Shown here one piece after another: positions 61,151 through 64,000 of a stretch of DNA of 64,000 bases. This stretch comes from Euprymna scolopes (lineage: Eukaryota): assembly GCA_053919585.1 (NCBI GenBank), contig CM132800.1; one strand, written 5' to 3'. The notes beneath the pieces are model-generated. The model was not told the DNA's origin. It made no database searches and saw nothing but the letters and a program-made list of their open reading frames with translations. The stretch's first letter is position 1. Every line of letters starts with the position of its first letter. The translations under genes were made by a program, and so were the position numbers.

Positions 61151-62644
61151 CATATTTCTTTTTATTATTTTTTTTATTATTATTTCACACCTAGTATTTC
61201 TTTTATTCTCTTTACCAGTATACCGTCGTCGTCGTCGTCGCCGCCGCCGCCGCCACCGTCGTCATCGTCGTCATCATCTTTCTTCCTTTTATTATGGTTA
61301 TCATTGTTGTTGTCTTTTTTTCTGTTGCTGTTAGACGATATCTCGTACTTGTTTAAACTCGCGCCAAATGTCTTTTTCTAAAAATGCAATTTGTTCAAAT
61401 AGTTTTCCGATGATTCAGCAACACGAAATCTCAGCTTGATAGCGAAACATCTGGATCGAGATGGAATTGTTTGAAATTAAAACGACCTGCCTGATATGGT
61501 TTCATTAGATATTCCCTATCTTGGAAGCCCATAACCACCAGGAAAAGTTCGTGTTTTGTTTTCAATACTTGGTTGGCAGAAAGTCTTTCTTTATGTGCCA
61601 AATGAATAGCGTTCAGCCCACGTGTTGAAAACAGACAAGAGTCAACATGAAGCTAATCCGCCATTTTTTCTTGCCCGCACCTATCAATAAACGCTGTATG
61701 ATTTTCGAACCGATTAAATGTTTTAATGCGGGGAAAACCACTAAAAACTTTTCCAGCTAGGTAGAAGAGTAACTTAACTTGCCTTTGGTAATATTTATTT
61801 GTTATATGTTTGTTTTTTTTACTATTTTTCGTACCGCTGTGGATTGTAAAACAAACCCATTTTTTATAGTCTGTTGAATTAGATTAAGCTAAATTAATTG
61901 CTCACACATGCAGATTAGTTTTAGCTTTAAGAATCTGAAATTATGAACAAAAGTTTGTTTCATGACATTCGACACGCTAAACTAATTATCTACTTTTCAT
62001 TTACGAACGATCATTACCTTTCAAGACAAAATAAAGAAAGAATTCGAGGATAAGTGATAATAAAATAGAATGATTGTCAGTTGAGAGATAAAGAATTTAA
62101 TGATTGCTGGGATACAATGCATCTGTTTAATTGTACGGACCTTTCATAGCATTATTCTAGCGTTCTTAATATGGTAACACGTCGAAAGGAAACAGAAGAA
62201 AGAAAGAAACTCGACTCACTTTTCTTCCTTTTAAAAAAGACTTTATATCTAGTATTTCCAACAATGCATTTTTAAAAAAAATATTTAAACAGTTCTTTTC
62301 TTCTACTCCAACCGCATGTGACACTTCGTCTCTGCTGTAACGTCACCCACGTGTCTCGAGCATGTGCTTTGCCGAACACCGGCCACGTCTCGAACACGTA
62401 CTTCTCTAGACACGTTTCGAATACAATTTCTCCAAACACGTACACATTACATACATATCACAACATAACCTACCCCAATGGACAATATGACCTGAAGAAT
62501 AAATAGAAAACAGAATATTTTATGGAAGTAATATACAGTGAAAAACAAATTTTGAAAAATACATGCGGAGTGCATTACGGGATAGTAATGCTAAGTCTCT
62601 GAACTGTATCCCCCGTAATTACAGCATTCCTATCCCTTCGCGGT

Positions 62645-62730
62645 TAGCCATCTGACGAAGGCAAGAAAAAAGTTGGCCGAAAAGTCGTGAAATAAAAACT
62701 ATGAAGCAAGGATAACAGTCCACAAATAAA
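62645..62730 (+). repeat. HHR-like pLTR remnant related to family B
   Basis: catCTGACGAaggc-aagaaaaaagttg-gccGAAAagTCgtg. Confidence 0.45.
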
Positions 62731-63109
62731 TAAATTAATAAATAAGTTAGATTTGCCGGATTATATAAAGCCAAAATTTTGATTGACTTATCTACAAAAC
62801 AAGATAAATGTACATATTACTTACCTCAAAAGATTCCAATAATAAAAATTTAAATTTGTATTAAAATTATTAATATATTTATAATTTTAGTAAATAACTG
62901 AATATCATTAATCAACAATTATTGCTCGGTGTTCATACTGAAATCTTTTGTTTTCTTATTGCCACTTTTAACAGCAATCGCACATAATCAGGTAGAATTT
63001 TAAGTAGGTCTTAACTGCATAGTGCTGCGCGTACTGAGGATTATACCTTTAACATCCATAAAACTGTCACTTCAAAATGATCACCACTTTCCACTTTAAC
63101 TTTTATGGC

Positions 63110-63225
63110 TCGAGTCCATGAACGGTCGAAACATTGCGAAAATCATATCCAAGATGAGATCAATGGTCGGAATAATTCAAACAAATCGAATATCAATCCT
63201 CATCTAAAAGATACCGAAACAAAAT
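63110..63225 (+). repeat. Family B pLTR remnant
   Basis: cggtcGAAAcattgcgaaaat...cggaataattcaaa...tatcaatcctcatctaaaag..ccgaaacaaa. Confidence 0.5.
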
Positions 63226-64000
63226 TGTAAAAGACTTATTTAAAACGTTTTAATAAGTACTAATTCCTATTTTATTCAATTTTATTAAGTAGACCCCATG
63301 GGTGTAGGATTTTATGTAAATTATTGATCAGCGACCGATCCGTTATAATGATTGCTTTTAACACGTTGGCTCATGAATGACGTGGAAACCACATTTGAAC
63401 TCTTTCATTGACCTGCACCAAATGTGTCAAGAAAAAAAGAAAACAGAAAAAGGAAAGTAAGCAGCAATTGAAAAACTCTCTTAGTTTTCTAAATTATTTA
63501 CCTGCTTGCACACGCCACTCACGAGATAAACCAGCCTTTAATTAAAGCTATAAACTAATATTATAAAAAAAGATTAAATATATCTGTGACCTGAAGATCA
63601 CCTTCGTGATTGTGCTGTAATAAAACAAAACAAAACGAGTACTTGATGTAAATCAGTTAAGCTGTGTGTGTGTGTGTGTGTGTGTGTGTGAGACGCCGTC
63701 ACATAGCGTAGGAAAAGGAACCTCACACGTTTTCCGTTCCTAGCTGCATGGTCGTGTAAATCTCTGGAGGGTTTATTCTCAGCTTCAATCCCAATCTTTC
63801 CTAGCTATATCGGGTGATCTCCAAGCCACAAAGTGTCCCAACTCTCCTAAAATGTCGCAAACACAAGACTGCCCGTAAATTGTTCCCATCCGTCGTTAGC
63901 TGTCGCAAAACTCCTTGCAACTCGTAAAACTGTCCTTAAACTACCTCTAAGTATATTTATACTGTCCGGTCTCTTGTCTTATTCCTTGAATAACGATCCC

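Noticed and set aside
63502-63545. Possible minus-strand micro-exon (AG...CAG|GTAAAT)
   Set aside because: About 34 bp, with no supporting neighbouring exons or recognisable protein. Could be chance.

Overview
AT-rich eukaryotic (invertebrate-like) genomic DNA with assembly gaps, many (TA)n microsatellites and no recognisable host gene. Most interpretable sequence is transposon-derived. The centre (13.7-23.7 kb) holds two intact-looking Penelope-like retroelements (PLEs), each encoding RT plus a C-terminal GIY-YIG endonuclease. One is an 841-aa Nematis-like element with an inverted pseudo-LTR (pLTR), a partial tandem copy and three hammerhead ribozyme (HHR) copies. The other is an 834-aa Penelope/Poseidon-type element. 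Truncated PLEs and solo pLTRs with their own HHRs are scattered through the window, often inside (TA)n. The most striking item is at 51083-51752: a non-coding head-to-tail dimer in (TA)n whose unit joins tRNA-type Pol III A/B boxes to a well-formed type I hammerhead. This is a candidate retrozyme predicted to release a 325-nt monomer, plausibly mobilised by PLEs. Also present are a full-length 5S-rRNA-derived SINE with a 10-bp target-site duplication (TSD), non-autonomous Helitron-like elements carrying internal tRNA-like cassettes, stacked R4/Dong-type fragments, CR1-group LINE fragments, a mariner remnant, MITEs and minisatellites. All calls are by eye. Clade names come from recalled motifs, not database searches, and boundaries of degraded repeats are approximate.
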